In this document: piece after piece, positions 8,740 to 20,500 of the stretch | How positions within the stretch are numbered: the first letter of the stretch is position 1 | Layout: every line of letters starts with the position of its first letter | Assembly (NCBI GenBank): GCA_965243025.1 | Contig: CBDETY010000003.1 | Location: 5,856,001 to 5,920,000 of the forward strand | DNA from: Candidatus Latescibacterota bacterium | Lineage (GTDB): Bacteria > Latescibacterota > UBA2968 > UBA8231 | Length of the DNA: 64,000 nt | Direction of reading: 5' to 3' | Notes under the pieces: model-generated | What the model was told of the DNA's origin: nothing | Seen by the model: the letters and a program-made list of their open reading frames with translations, nothing else | Database searches by the model: none | Translations under genes and position numbers: made by a program

Positions 8740-11700
8740 TCAGGCGCGCGCGGCAACACCCTTCGCAGGGTTCGGCGCTTCGGTTAGCCAGGGCTTCTCC
8801 GGCTCGATCAGTGTTCCCACCGCCTTCAGCAGCTCGTCCGACGGATTGACCCGCAGCGACCGCGAGCGCACCACCGCGTCTTTGCCACCCCCGTTCCTCA
8901 GGTGGATCAGCAGCTCGCAGTTCCCGGTGTGCTGCTCGACCAGCCGGCGCAGGCGCTGCAGCAGGTCCGAGCTGCTTTCTTCGTCGAGCTTGAGGACGAA
9001 GTTCACAGCCTTCGTCAGTTTCTGCCGCGCCTCGGCGAGGGGGATCAGCGACTCGGCCTGGAGGCCGAGGTTGCCGTTGCGGCGCGACACGCGGCCTTCG
9101 GCGAGCACCGCCTGCCCCTGCTCGATCAGCGAGCGGAAATTTGCAAAGGCGTCGGAGAAGAAGACGACGTCGGTCCTGGCGCCCTGGTCCTCGATGGTCG
9201 CGAAGGCGATGCTCTGGCCGCGGCGGTCCGTCGAGGTGCTGACGCGGGTGATGAGGCCGCCGATGCGCACCGAAGCCCCGTCGGCGTAGCGTTCGAGCTT
9301 CCCGATCGGGGTGGCGAAGAAGCGCAGGTCCCTCGCGTGCTCGTTCAGGGGGTGGCTCGAGACGTAGAACCCAAGCAGCTCGCGCTCGCGTTCGAGGCGT
9401 TCCGACTGGCTCCACTCCGCGGTTTCGGGAAGCGACGGCTTGTCGACCCGGGCGGCCATGTCGCCGGCGTCGTCGAAGAGGCTTCTCTGGCCGCGCAGCT
9501 TCTGCTCGTTGAAGATCTGGGCGTTCCTCAGCACCAGGTCGAGGCTCTCGAGCAACTGGGCGCGGTGCGTCGACGGGCGGTCGACGGCGCCGGCGGCGAT
9601 CAGGGACTCGACCACCCGCCTGTTTACCGCCTTGAGGTCGAGGCGCTGGCAGAGGTCGAACAGGTCGGCGAACCTGCCCCCGTCCGCCCGGGCCTCGAAG
9701 ATCGCCTGCGCCGCCCCTTCGCCGACATTCTTGATCGCCGACAGACCGAAGCGGATGCCCTCCGGGGTCGGGGCGAAGTCGGGGGCGCTCTCGTCGACGT
9801 CCGGGGGCAGCACCGGGAGCTCCATGTTCCGGCACTCCTCGAGCAGCACGGTCAGGCGGTCGGTGTTGTTGCGGTCCGTGGTCAGGCTCGCCGCCATGTA
9901 CTCCCTGGGATAGTGGGCCTTGAGGTAGGCGTTCTTGTAGGCGACCTCCGAGTAGCAGGCCGAGTGCGATTTGTTGAACCCGTACCCCGAAAACACCTCG
10001 ACGTCCTCCCACACCTTTCCGGCGACCTTCGGCGGCACGCCGTTGGCCTGCGCCCCCTCGAGGAAGTCGTGGCGGTATTTCTCCATTACGTCGGCGAGCT
10101 TCTTGCCCATCGCCTTGCGGATGCCGTCGGCCTGGCCGAGGGTGAAGCCGGCCATGTCGCCCGCGATCCGCTGCACCTGCTCCTGGTAGGTGATGACGCC
10201 GTAGGTCTCCTCGAGGATCGGCTCGAGCAGCGGGTGGTCGTACTCGACCGCCTGCTCCCCCTGCTTGCGGGCGATGAAATCGGGAATGCGCTGCATCGGT
10301 CCGGGGCGGTACAGCGCGTTCATGGCGATCACGTCCTCGATCTTGTCCGGCTTGAGCTGCACGAGGTACTCGCGCATGCCGGCGCTCTCGAACTGGAACA
10401 CCCCGATGGTGTCCCCCCTGCTGAACAGGTCGAAGGTCGCCGCGTCGTTCCGGGGGATCGCCGAGAGGTCGAAGCCGGGCTCGCCCAGCCGGATCAGGCG
10501 CTCCGCCTCGTCCATCAGCGACAGCTCCTTGAGCCCGAGGATGTCCATCTTGAGGAGGCCGACCGACATGCAGGTCTCGCCGTCGAACTGGGTGGTGACG
10601 GTGCCGTCCTTGGGAGCGCGGTAGAGGGGCACGTAATCGGTCAGCTCGGAGGGGGCGATGATGACGGCGCATGCGTGGACCGAGGCGTGGCGCGCCATGC
10701 CCTCGAGCTTGCGGGAATACTCGATCAGCCGGCCCTCCTCGCCTGGCGCCTCGGCGAGCTGCTGCAGTTCCGGGACACGTTCGATGGCGCTGTCCAGGGT
10801 GATCTTGAGCTCGTTCGGGATCAGCTTGGCGATGCGGTCGACCTCGCCGAAAGGCATGCCGAGAACGCGCCCGACGTCGCGCACCACCGCCTTGGCTCCC
10901 ATCGTCCCGAAGGTGATCACCTGCGAGACGTTCCGTTCGCCGTACTTGTCGACGATGTAGCGGACGACCTTGTCGCGGCCGGTATCGGCGAAATCGATGT
11001 CGATGTCGGGCGGCTCGATGCGCTCGGGATTGAGGAAGCGCTCGAACAGCAGGCCGAACCTGATCGGATCGGTGTCGGTGATCTTCAGGCAGTAGGAGAC
11101 CAGGGAGCCGGAGGCCGAGCCGCGGCCGGGGCCGACGGAGATCCGGCTATCGCGGGCGAAATTGACGATGTCCCAGACGATGAGGAAATAGCCGGCGAAC
11201 CCCTCCTTGATCAGCAGGTCGAGCTCGTAATCGAGCCGTTTCTCCAGGACGGGATCCGGTTTGCCGTAGCGTTCCTCGAGCCCTTCCCGGGCGAGCCGGG
11301 TCAGGTAGTCGCCGCTGCTCTCGTACCCTTCGGGAATCGGGAAGTCCGGCATCAGGGATTTCCCGAAATCCAGCTCGAGGTCGCACTTGCCGGCGATCTC
11401 GACTGTCTTCTCCAGGGCCTCGGGCAGGTCGGCGAAAAGCTCCTGCATCTGCGCCGGGCTCTTCATGAACAGGCCGTCGACGTAGCAGAGGCGGTTGTCG
11501 TCGTCGACGGTCTTGCCGGTCTGGATGCAGATCAGGGCGTCGTGGGCGTCGTGGTCGTCGGCGCGGAGGAAGTGGAAGTCGTTGGTCGCGACCAGCGGCA
11601 CCCCCAGCTTCCGGTGCAGCTCGAGCAGCCCCTCGTTGACCTTGGCCTCGGCCTCGATGCCGTGGCGCTGGATCTCGAGGTAATAATCCTCACCGAAGTG

Positions 11701-12204
11701 GTCGGCGAACCAGCGCGCCGACTGTTCGGCCGCGGCGAGGCCCTCGTTCTGCAGCAGGTGGGGGATCTCGCCGCTGACGCAGCCGGAAAGGCAGATCAGG
11801 CCTTCGCAATGCCCGGCGAGCAGCTCCCGGTCGATGCGCGGGAAGTAGTAGAAGCCCTCGAGATACGCTTTCGAAACCAGCTTTACGAGGTTGTGGTAGC
11901 CGCTGCTGTTCCTGGCGAGAAGGACGAGGTGATGAGAGGCGTGGCTAAGCCCTTTGGCCGCCTTGCGGTCGTGCCGGCTGCCGACGGCGACGTACACCTC
12001 GCAGCCGATGATCGGCTTGATGCCGGCCTCCCGGCAGGCCTGGTAGTGCTCGACGGCGCCGAACAGGTTGCCGTGGTCGGTGACCGCCAGGGCCGGCATC
12101 TCCAGGTCGGCGGCCAGCGCCGCCATGTCGCCGATGCGGCAGCCGCCGTCGAGGAGGCTGTACTCGCTGTGGCCGTGGAGGTGGACGAACTCGGCTCGGG
12201 GCAT
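8740..12204 (-). CDS. dnaE: DNA polymerase III alpha subunit
   Basis: PHP domain HLHGHSEYSLLDG, GPGRGSASGS, PPDIDIDF, YGFNKSHS, OB fold; 1154 aa, no intein. Confidence 0.98.
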   Translation of the reverse strand: MPRAEFVHLHGHSEYSLLDGGCRIGDMAALAADLEMPALAVTDHGNLFGAVEHYQACREAGIKPIIGCEVYVAVGSRHDRKAAKGLSHASHHLVLLARNSSGYHNLVKLVSKAYLEGFYYFPRIDRELLAGHCEGLICLSGCVSGEIPHLLQNEGLAAAEQSARWFADHFGEDYYLEIQRHGIEAEAKVNEGLLELHRKLGVPLVATNDFHFLRADDHDAHDALICIQTGKTVDDDNRLCYVDGLFMKSPAQMQELFADLPEALEKTVEIAGKCDLELDFGKSLMPDFPIPEGYESSGDYLTRLAREGLEERYGKPDPVLEKRLDYELDLLIKEGFAGYFLIVWDIVNFARDSRISVGPGRGSASGSLVSYCLKITDTDPIRFGLLFERFLNPERIEPPDIDIDFADTGRDKVVRYIVDKYGERNVSQVITFGTMGAKAVVRDVGRVLGMPFGEVDRIAKLIPNELKITLDSAIERVPELQQLAEAPGEEGRLIEYSRKLEGMARHASVHACAVIIAPSELTDYVPLYRAPKDGTVTTQFDGETCMSVGLLKMDILGLKELSLMDEAERLIRLGEPGFDLSAIPRNDAATFDLFSRGDTIGVFQFESAGMREYLVQLKPDKIEDVIAMNALYRPGPMQRIPDFIARKQGEQAVEYDHPLLEPILEETYGVITYQEQVQRIAGDMAGFTLGQADGIRKAMGKKLADVMEKYRHDFLEGAQANGVPPKVAGKVWEDVEVFSGYGFNKSHSACYSEVAYKNAYLKAHYPREYMAASLTTDRNNTDRLTVLLEECRNMELPVLPPDVDESAPDFAPTPEGIRFGLSAIKNVGEGAAQAIFEARADGGRFADLFDLCQRLDLKAVNRRVVESLIAAGAVDRPSTHRAQLLESLDLVLRNAQIFNEQKLRGQRSLFDDAGDMAARVDKPSLPETAEWSQSERLERERELLGFYVSSHPLNEHARDLRFFATPIGKLERYADGASVRIGGLITRVSTSTDRRGQSIAFATIEDQGARTDVVFFSDAFANFRSLIEQGQAVLAEGRVSRRNGNLGLQAESLIPLAEARQKLTKAVNFVLKLDEESSSDLLQRLRRLVEQHTGNCELLIHLRNGGGKDAVVRSRSLRVNPSDELLKAVGTLIEPEKPWLTEAPNPAKGVAARA

Positions 12205-12407
12205 GAAGGGGCTACCTCCGTACGGGGAGCGGCGGTGAGAGAAACCTGGCGGAGAAGGACCGGCATCGGCTGCCGGACGCGCCGGGTGAACCGGAGAGGG
12301 GGTCGCAACGGCGGCCGCGGAAAGGGGAGGATGCTGCCGTTACGGCGCGTACCGGGGGAAGGTCGCGGAAATGCGGAATCCCGCGCCTGCACAGGTCTTG
12401 GGGCGCT

Positions 12408-12436
12408 AACGTATCAAGCCGCTTCGGGCGCGTCAA
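12408..12436 (-). promoter_or_regulatory. sigma70-type promoter for dnaE
   Basis: Minus strand TTGACG-17 nt-TACGTT with extended -10 TG. Confidence 0.55.
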
Positions 12437-12622
12437 TCAGGCGGGTTCCCGAAGCGGAAATCCCCCCGCCCGGGATGCTCAAAACCGGTTCGGGGTGTAA
12501 TATCTATGGATGTATCCAGGCGTTTGGTCGACCATTTCCCGGGGTGCAATCCGACTGTTTTCCGCCGCGGGGGTACCCGCTGCCAGGGGCCGCCTCCCGA
12601 CCCCGGACGATTCCGCAAACAC

Positions 12623-13726
12623 GTGAAGCCCGTACTCGTCGCCGGAACGCGACCCAACTTCGTCAAGATCGCGCCGCTGGCCGCCGCCCTGCGCCGCTTC
12701 CCGGAGGAGTTCACCCCGGTGGTCGTGCACACGGGCCAGCACTACGACTACAACATGTCCGGGGTATTCTTCAGCGACCTCGGGATGCCGCCGCCGGACC
12801 ATTTCCTCGAGGCGGGGACCTGTTCCGGGGCCGCGCAGATCGCCGCCATCATCGCCAGGTTCGACCAGGTCCTGCAACGGGAAGAACCGGATCTCGTCAT
12901 CGTCGCCGGTGATGTCGCAGGCACCCTGGCCTGCGCCATCACCGCCGCGGTCAGCGACGTCCCGCTGGCCCACGTCGAGGCCGGCCTGCGCTGCGGGGAC
13001 CGGCGCCTGCCCGAAGAGATCAACCGCGTGGCGACCGACGCCGCCGCGGACCTGCTGTTCACCTACTCCGAGGATGCCGACGCCAACCTGCTCGCCGAGA
13101 ACGCGCCGGCCCGCTGCATTCACCGGGTCGGCAACCTGATGATCGACACCCTGCGCAGGCTGCGGCCCAGGGCCGAGAAGTCGAGCATACTCCACGACCT
13201 GGGGCTGATCCCCGGGGAGTACGGGGTCGTGACCCTGCACCGCCAGGCCAACGTCGACGCCGCGGCCCCGCTCGAGGGGATCCTGCGCGCCCTGGTCGAG
13301 ATCCAGCGGCGTCTTCCCTTGGTGTTCCCGGTGCATCCGCGCACCCGCAGGAACCTGCGCCGCTTCGGTCTCGACGCACTGGCCGCCGAAGCAGGGAACC
13401 TGCGTCTGGTCGAGCCGCTCGGCTATCTCGACATGCTGAAGCTGCTCGCGTCCTCCGCCATCGCCCTGGTGGACTCGGGCGGCATCCAGGAGGAGACCAC
13501 CGTGCTCGGGGTCCCCTGCCTGACCCTCAGGGAGTCGACCGAGCGGCCGGTCACGGTCACCCAGGGGACCAACAGGCTGACGGGAACCGCGACCGGGCGG
13601 ATCGTCGAGGAGGCCGGCCGCGTCCTCGACGGCGAGGCTCCGGAAGGGAGGATACCCGACCTCTGGGACGGCCGCAGCGCCGAGCGCCTCGTCGAACACC
13701 TGCGGCAGCCGATTAAACGCAGATGA
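12623..13726 (+). CDS. wecB: UDP-N-acetylglucosamine 2-epimerase (non-hydrolysing)
   Basis: [31 protein letters not shown]; GTG start inferred. Confidence 0.93.
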   Translation: MKPVLVAGTRPNFVKIAPLAAALRRFPEEFTPVVVHTGQHYDYNMSGVFFSDLGMPPPDHFLEAGTCSGAAQIAAIIARFDQVLQREEPDLVIVAGDVAGTLACAITAAVSDVPLAHVEAGLRCGDRRLPEEINRVATDAAADLLFTYSEDADANLLAENAPARCIHRVGNLMIDTLRRLRPRAEKSSILHDLGLIPGEYGVVTLHRQANVDAAAPLEGILRALVEIQRRLPLVFPVHPRTRRNLRRFGLDALAAEAGNLRLVEPLGYLDMLKLLASSAIALVDSGGIQEETTVLGVPCLTLRESTERPVTVTQGTNRLTGTATGRIVEEAGRVLDGEAPEGRIPDLWDGRSAERLVEHLRQPIKRR

Positions 13727-13757
13727 GGCGGACCGACTCAAAAGAACGGAGCCCCGA

Positions 13758-14690
13758 TTGAGAGTGCTGATAACGGGGGGCGCCGGTTTCATCGGCTCCC
13801 ACCTGTGCGACCTCTTCCTCGACGAAGGGTGCGAGGTGATCTGCATGGACAACCTGCTGACCGGCAGGGAGGAAAACATCGCCGCCCACTTCGGGGATCC
13901 CAGGTTCCGCTTCGTCCGCTGCGACGTAACCGAGTACCTCGACGTCGACGGGGACCTCGACTACATCCTGCATTTCGCCAGCCCGGCAAGTCCGGCGGAC
14001 TTCGAGAAGCTGGGGATCCGCATCCTCAAGGTCGGCGCCCTCGGGACCCACAAGACCCTCGGACTGGCGCGGGCAAAGGGTGCCAGGTTCCTGCTGGCCT
14101 CGACCTCCGAGGTCTACGGCGACCCGCTCGTCCATCCCCAGAGCGAGGAGTACCGGGGCAACGTGAACTGCATCGGCATCCGCGGCGTCTACGACGAGGC
14201 CAAGCGCTTCGCCGAGTCGATGGCGATGGCCTACAACCGCACCCACGGCATCGACGTGCGCATTGTCAGGATCTTCAACACCTACGGAGAGCGCATGCGC
14301 AGGAACGACGGCCGCGCCGTTCCCAACTTCATAACACAGTCCCTGGCCGGGGAAGACGTGACCGTTTACGGCGACGGCAGCCAGACGCGCAGCATCCAGC
14401 ACGTGAGCGACCTCGTCGCCGGCATCCGCGCGCTGATGCGGTCGGACGTGACCTCGCCGGTCAACATCGGCAATCCCGTGGAAATGACCCTGCGCCAGCT
14501 TGCTGAAAAGATCATCGAGCTGGCCGGGAGCGGAAGCAGCATCGTCTACCGGCCCCTTCCCGAGGACGATCCGAAAATCCGCCTCCCCGACATCTCCAAG
14601 GCGCTCACCGTGCTGAACTGGGAGCCGGAAGTCGGCCCGGACGAGGGGCTGAGGCGAACCATCGAGTGGTTCCGGAAGGAGGGCTCGTGA
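13758..14690 (+). CDS. UDP-glucuronic acid decarboxylase-family NAD-dependent epimerase/dehydratase
   Basis: [41 protein letters not shown]. Confidence 0.92.
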   Translation: MRVLITGGAGFIGSHLCDLFLDEGCEVICMDNLLTGREENIAAHFGDPRFRFVRCDVTEYLDVDGDLDYILHFASPASPADFEKLGIRILKVGALGTHKTLGLARAKGARFLLASTSEVYGDPLVHPQSEEYRGNVNCIGIRGVYDEAKRFAESMAMAYNRTHGIDVRIVRIFNTYGERMRRNDGRAVPNFITQSLAGEDVTVYGDGSQTRSIQHVSDLVAGIRALMRSDVTSPVNIGNPVEMTLRQLAEKIIELAGSGSSIVYRPLPEDDPKIRLPDISKALTVLNWEPEVGPDEGLRRTIEWFRKEGS

Positions 14691-14869
14691 GCATTCCGGG
14701 CAGAACCGGTTCACGCCTGGGAACCGCGCAGGGGAAAAACCTGCTGAAGGGTGGCCCGGGGCGGTCCCCGGGCGTGGGTGAAGCGCCTTGCCCTGCCCCC
14801 CGCTGCATGTGGAGGCGCGAGTTTCCCCGGTCCGCCGGTAAAGCCGCCGAAACCCGGCCCTGTCGCTTC

Positions 14870-16303
14870 GTGCGGAAGGGCGGCGGGCCGCTGCTGCTCC
14901 TCGCCCTTGTGGTCGGCGGCTGCGCCTCGGCCCCGCCGGCGCAGAAGCAGGGGCACGGGGTCGAGCTGCCCCTTGTCTGGCACGGGCAGGCGGCCGGTTC
15001 CGGCCCGGTGGACGAGCTCTGGTGGCGGCGCTACGACCCCAGGCTGGGCAGGCTGCTCTCCGAGGCCCTGCAGCACAACCACAACCTCGAGGCCGCCGCC
15101 TCCCGGGTAGCGGCCGCCGCCGCCCAGGCGCGCATCGCCGGGGCCGCGCAGCGGCCGCAACTGGCCGCTGTGGGCAGCGGATCGCGGCGGCGGCAGAACT
15201 TCGCCGGCTTTCCGCTGCCGACGGGAGGCAGGGAGGTGCTGGCGACGACGACGAACAGTTTCGGGGTGTCCCTGAACGTCAGCTGGGAGGCCGACCTGTG
15301 GGGACGGCTGCGGGCCGGCCAGGCCGCGGCGCTCGCGGAAGTGATGGCGAGCCGGGCGGACCTGGCGGGGGCGCGCCTGTCGCTGATCGCCCAGACGGCG
15401 CGCGCCTGCTGGGCCGCGGCCGAGGCCGGGAAACAGGTGGCCCTTGCCGAAGCGGCGGCCGCCGATGCGCGGCTGTCGGCCGGGCAGGTGGAGGAGCGCT
15501 ACCGGCAGGGCCTGCGTTCGGCCCTTGACCTGCGTCTGGCGAGATCGAGCGAGGCTTCCGCCGAGGCGGTTCTCGGCCAGCGCCGGCACCGGCTCGACCT
15601 GCTGAAACGGCAGTTGGAGATTCTCCTGGGCAGGTACCCGGCGGCGGAGATCGAGACCGGGGCCGAGCTCCCCGAGGTCGAAGATCCGGTTCCCCCGGGC
15701 CTGCCGGCCGAGCTGCTGGCGCGGAGACCGGACCTCGTGGCCGCCGAGCGCCGTCTCGCCGCCGCGGACGCCCGGCTGAGCGAAGCGCGCCGGTCGCTGT
15801 ACCCGCGCATGAGCCTGACCTCCTCCGGGGGCCGGTCCAGCGGAGAGCTGAACGACCTTCTCAAGGGAGACTTCGGCGTCTGGAGTCTTGTCGCAAACCT
15901 CACCCAGCCCCTGCTCCAGGGCGGCCGCCTGCGCGCCGGGGTCGACCTGGCGGAGGCCAACCGGGAACAGGCCGTGGCGCGATTCGCGCAACAGGTGCTG
16001 CTCGCCTGCGGTGAGGTGGAGAGCGCCCTCGGTGCCGACGCCTACCTCGCCCGGCAGGAGTCCGCCCTGCGGCGCGCCGCGGAGGAGGCGGCGGCGGCCC
16101 GGAGGCTGGCGCGGGAGCGTTACGACCGGGGCCTGGCCGACCTGATCGCCCTGCTCGAGGCCCAGCGCCGGACCTACGAAGCCGAGAGCCAGCTGGCCTC
16201 GGTGCGGCGGCAGCGCCTGGACAACCGCACCGATCTGCACCTCGCTCTCGGAGGGGATATCAGCGCCGAGGCGGTAGCCCGATTTCAAAGCGAGTTCAAC
16301 TGA
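14870..16303 (+). CDS. RND efflux outer membrane lipoprotein (TolC/NodT family)
   Basis: VGGC lipobox, SWEADLWGR, PAELLARRPD, DLHLALGG; start uncertain. Confidence 0.9.
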   Translation: MRKGGGPLLLLALVVGGCASAPPAQKQGHGVELPLVWHGQAAGSGPVDELWWRRYDPRLGRLLSEALQHNHNLEAAASRVAAAAAQARIAGAAQRPQLAAVGSGSRRRQNFAGFPLPTGGREVLATTTNSFGVSLNVSWEADLWGRLRAGQAAALAEVMASRADLAGARLSLIAQTARACWAAAEAGKQVALAEAAAADARLSAGQVEERYRQGLRSALDLRLARSSEASAEAVLGQRRHRLDLLKRQLEILLGRYPAAEIETGAELPEVEDPVPPGLPAELLARRPDLVAAERRLAAADARLSEARRSLYPRMSLTSSGGRSSGELNDLLKGDFGVWSLVANLTQPLLQGGRLRAGVDLAEANREQAVARFAQQVLLACGEVESALGADAYLARQESALRRAAEEAAAARRLARERYDRGLADLIALLEAQRRTYEAESQLASVRRQRLDNRTDLHLALGGDISAEAVARFQSEFN

Positions 16304-17557
16304 GTGGACCAGACCGAGCCCGTGTCACCGAAACCCGCCGGATCGCGCCTGTGGCGGATCCTGATCCCGCTCGCCATCGTCGCCGCAGGCGCCGGGGTGT
16401 ACGCCGGGATGGTCGCGATGAAAACCCCTCCCCCCAGGCGCCCCCGCGTTCACCTGGGGCCCCTGGTGGAAACCATCCAGGCGCCGGCGCAGTCCCTGCG
16501 CGTCACCGTGAAGGGACACGGAACCGTGCGCCCCGCCGAGGAGATCGACCTGGTTCCGCAGGTCGCCGGAATCGTCGTGTGGAAGTCCCCGCGGTTCGAG
16601 TCCGGCGGCTTCTTCAGGCGGGGGGAGCTGCTGGTGCAGATAGACCCGAGGGACTACCGGCTCGCCGTCGAGGTCGCCCGGGCCGAGGTCGCCCAGAGCC
16701 AGTACGGGCTCGAAGTGGCGCGCGGAGAGGCGGGCGTCGCCCGCCGGGAGTGGGAGCTGATCCAGGGGGCCGAGGGGGGGTCCAACCCGCTGGCCCTGCA
16801 CGTTCCCCAGCTGCGCGCCGCCGAGGCGAGGCTGCAGGCCGCCAGGGCGCGCGCCGAAGAGGCGCGCCTGCGGCTCGAGCGCACCGAGCTGTACGCCCCG
16901 TTCGACGGGCGCGTCGGGTCGACCCGGCTCGACCGCGGCCAGTACGCCTTCGCCGGACAATCCCTGGCGCGCATCCACGCCACCGGCTCGGTAGAGGTCG
17001 TCGTTCCGGTGGCGGACGAGGACCTCGCCTGGATCGAGGTGCCGGCCGCAGGCGGCAGGGGAAGCGCAAACCGCGATGACAGTGGAGCCGAGGTAAGGGC
17101 CATTCGCGAAGCGGGTGAGGAACCGGTCTTCCCGGATGCCGCGGTCAGCGGCCGCTACGCCGGCCGGGAGCGCCGCTGGCAGGGGGTGGTGCGCCGCGTC
17201 GAGGGAGAGCTCGACCCGCGCAGCCGCCTGGCGAATCTCGTGATCGAGGTCTCCGACCCCTACGCCGACCCGGAGGCCCCCCTGCTCGTCGGGGCGTTCG
17301 TCGACGTCGAGATCGCCGGCGGCGCCGCCGACGGGGTGCGCGCTTTGCCGCGCCACGCCCTGCGCGAAGGCGGCAGCATCTGGGTGGCAGCCGCCGACAG
17401 CATCCTGCGGGTGCGCCCCGCCGACCTCGTCCACCGGCGCGGAGAGGAGGTGCTCGTCTACGCCGACCTCGAGCCGGGAGAGGAGGTCGTTGTCTCGGCG
17501 CTGCAGGGAGTCACCGACGGCATGCGCATCCGCGTCGTCCGGGAGGGGGCGCGATGA
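16304..17557 (+). CDS. RND efflux periplasmic adaptor subunit
   Basis: N-terminal TM, PQVAG, coiled hairpin, APFDGRV; lies between the OMF and RND genes. Confidence 0.9.
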   Translation: MDQTEPVSPKPAGSRLWRILIPLAIVAAGAGVYAGMVAMKTPPPRRPRVHLGPLVETIQAPAQSLRVTVKGHGTVRPAEEIDLVPQVAGIVVWKSPRFESGGFFRRGELLVQIDPRDYRLAVEVARAEVAQSQYGLEVARGEAGVARREWELIQGAEGGSNPLALHVPQLRAAEARLQAARARAEEARLRLERTELYAPFDGRVGSTRLDRGQYAFAGQSLARIHATGSVEVVVPVADEDLAWIEVPAAGGRGSANRDDSGAEVRAIREAGEEPVFPDAAVSGRYAGRERRWQGVVRRVEGELDPRSRLANLVIEVSDPYADPEAPLLVGAFVDVEIAGGAADGVRALPRHALREGGSIWVAAADSILRVRPADLVHRRGEEVLVYADLEPGEEVVVSALQGVTDGMRIRVVREGAR

Positions 17558-20500
17558 AAGGCCCCGTCACATGGATGGCCCGCAACCACGTCGCGGCCAA
17601 CCTGCTGATGTGCTTTCTCCTGCTGTCGGGTTTTCTCGGCATCGCCGGAATGCGCAAGGAGACGTTTCCCGAGTTCTCGTTCGACCAGATCCAGGTACAG
17701 GTTCCCTACCTCGGCGCCAGTCCGGAGGAAGTGGAGGACGGGGTCTGCCGCCGCGTCGAGGAGCGGCTCGCCGGCCTTTCGGGAATCCGCCGCATCCAGT
17801 CGACGGCCTCCGAGGGGATGGGAATCATCATGGCGGAACTCGAGCCGGGGACCGATACCAGCCGCATGCTCGACGACATCAAGGCCGCCGTCGACCGCAT
17901 CGAGACCTTCCCGGCGGAAACCGAGAAGCCTGTGGTCATGGACGTGGTGCGGCGCAACCAGGTGATCGACGTGGTCGTTTACGGCGACGTTCCCGAAAAG
18001 ACGCTGAAGGTCGTCGCCGAACAGGTCCGCGACGACCTGCGCGCGACCCCGGGGATTTCCCAGGTCGAGCTCTCGGGGGTGCGCGTCGACGAGATCTCGA
18101 TCGAGGTGCCGGAACGCAGCCTGCGCGAGCACGGGCTGAACTTCGCCGGGATCTCCGGGGCGGTGCGGCGCGCCAGCCTCGACATGCCGGGGGGGAGCGT
18201 GCGCAGCGAGGAGGGCGAGATCCTGGTGCGCACCAAGGGGTTGAAATACCGGGGCAGCGAGTACGCCGACATCCCCGTGCTGTCGCGGGCGGACGGCACT
18301 CAGCTGAAGCTTGGGGATATAGCGAAGATCGTCGACGGCTTCGAGGACAGCGACCTGATCTCGCGCTTCAACGGCCTGCCCGCGGCCGTGGTCCAGGTGT
18401 ACCGGACCGGCGATCAGAGCGCCCTGGAAATCTCCGGGTTCGTGAAGGAGTACATCGAGGAGCAGCGCGTGCACCTGCCGGCAGGCGTGGGCATAGACTA
18501 CGCCAGGGACGACGCCCGCCTGCTGCTCGGCCGCCTCGACCTGCTGCTGCGCAACGCCCAGCTCGGACTGGTGCTGGTGTTCATCTGCCTCAGCCTGTTT
18601 CTCAACCTGCGGCTCGCTTTCTGGGTGATGATGGGCATCCCGATCTCGCTGCTCGGCAGCTTTCTGCTGATGCAGCCCTTCGACGTCTCGATAAACATGC
18701 TGTCGCTGTTCGCCTTCATCGTCGCCCTCGGCATCGTCGTCGACGACGCCATCGTCGTCGGCGAGAACATCTTCGCCCACCGGGAACGCGGCAAGGATTT
18801 CCTCACCGCCGCGGTCGACGGCACCCTCGAGGTCGGCAAACCGGTCGTCTTCGCGATTTTCACCAGCGTCGCGGCGTTCGCCCCCCTGGCCTTCGTCGCC
18901 GGCATGATGGGGAAGTTCATGGGGGTCATCCCCATCATCGTCGTGTCGATGCTCCTGGTCTCCCTTGTCGAGGCGCTGGTGATCCTTCCCGCCCACCTCA
19001 GCGGAAAGGGGGACGGTCCGCTGCAGCGCGCCTGGACGAGGCTTTTCCGCGCACCCCTCCGCTGGCACGGCGCCCTCCGCCGCGGGGTGGACCGCAATCT
19101 CAGGCGCCTCATCGACGGACCCTACACCCGCCTCGTGCGGGCCGCGGTCGCCAGCCCCTTCACCGCGCTTGCCGCAGGGCTGGCCCTGTTGCTGGGGACC
19201 GCGGGAATGATCACGGGAGGCCACCTGAAGTTCACCTTCATGCCCGAGATCGACTCCGACTGGCTCGTGGTTTCCCTGGCGATGCCCCAGGGCACCACCG
19301 CGGCGCAGACCGAGACGGTGGTGAGCCGGATAGAAAGGGCTGCGCTCGAAATCCGCGACGAGTACGACGGGCAGGGAACCGGCGGGCCCTCGGTCTTCAA
19401 GCATGTCTTCACCGTTATCGGCGACCAACCGATGGGACGGCGATCGCAGGTTGCCACGCCGGCCGGCGGCGGACAGGGGCATCTGGCGGAAGTCACCATC
19501 GAGCTTCTTCCTTCGGAGCTCCGCCATGTCGGCACCACCGAGATTGCCGCACGCCTGCGCGACCGGGTCGGCGAGATCCCGGGAGTGGAATCGCTGAGGT
19601 TCACCGCCTCGATTTTCTCCGTCGGAAACGAAATCGAGGTGCAGCTGTCGTCGGAGGACTTCGATCGACTGTTGACGGCGGTCGAGCGCCTCAAGGAGGA
19701 AGTGGCGAGCTACCCGGGCACCGGCGACATCGAGGACAGCTTCCAGGAGGGCAAGCAGGAGATGAGGCTCTCCCTGAAGCCGGCGGCGCGGACCCTCGGG
19801 ATCACCCTGGCCGACCTGGGGCGGCAGGTGCGGCAGGGGTTCTACGGCGACCAGGCCCTGCGCGTGCAGCGGGGCAACGACGATGTCCGGGTAATGGTCC
19901 GCTACCCCGAGGGGGAGCGCCGCACCCTGAACGACATCGAGAGCATGCGCATCCGCACCCCGTCAGGGGCCGAGGTGCCGTTCTCGGACGTCGCCGAATC
20001 CTCGATCGGGTTCGGGTACGCAAACATCCGGCGCATCGAGGGGGAGCGGGTGGTCAGCGTCACCGCCGACGTCGACGAGGCGGTCGCCAACGCCGACGAA
20101 ATCAACGCCGACCTCGAAACGAGATTCCTCCCCCGTCTGCTCGAGGACTACCCCGGTCTCCGCTACAGCTACGCCGGGGAGCAAAGGGAGCGCGCCGACT
20201 CCTTCTCCAGCCTGGGCCGCGGATTCGTGGTAGCGATGTTCGCCATCTATGCCCTTCTGGCCGTCCCCTTCCGCTCCTACATACAGCCCCTGGTGGTCAT
20301 GAGCGCGATTCCTTTCGGAATTGTCGGGGCGGTGTGGGGGCATGTGCTGATGGGGCTGGACCTCGGGCTGCTCAGCATATTCGGGTTCGTCGCCCTCTCC
20401 GGGGTGGTCGTCAACGACTCCCTCATTCTCCTGAGCTTCTACAACCAGCTTCGCGAGCAGGGAGTGGAACGGGACCAGGCCCTGGTCGAGGCGGGACGCC

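Noticed and set aside
8740-12204. Intein in dnaE
   Set aside because: The protein has normal length and no splice motifs were seen.
8902-12912. Very long antisense or alternative-frame ORFs (1336 aa here; also 12-2426, 17490-20879, 35760-38861, most of 50715-54428)
   Set aside because: These are shadow ORFs of real genes, caused by high GC3, and carry no recognisable motifs.
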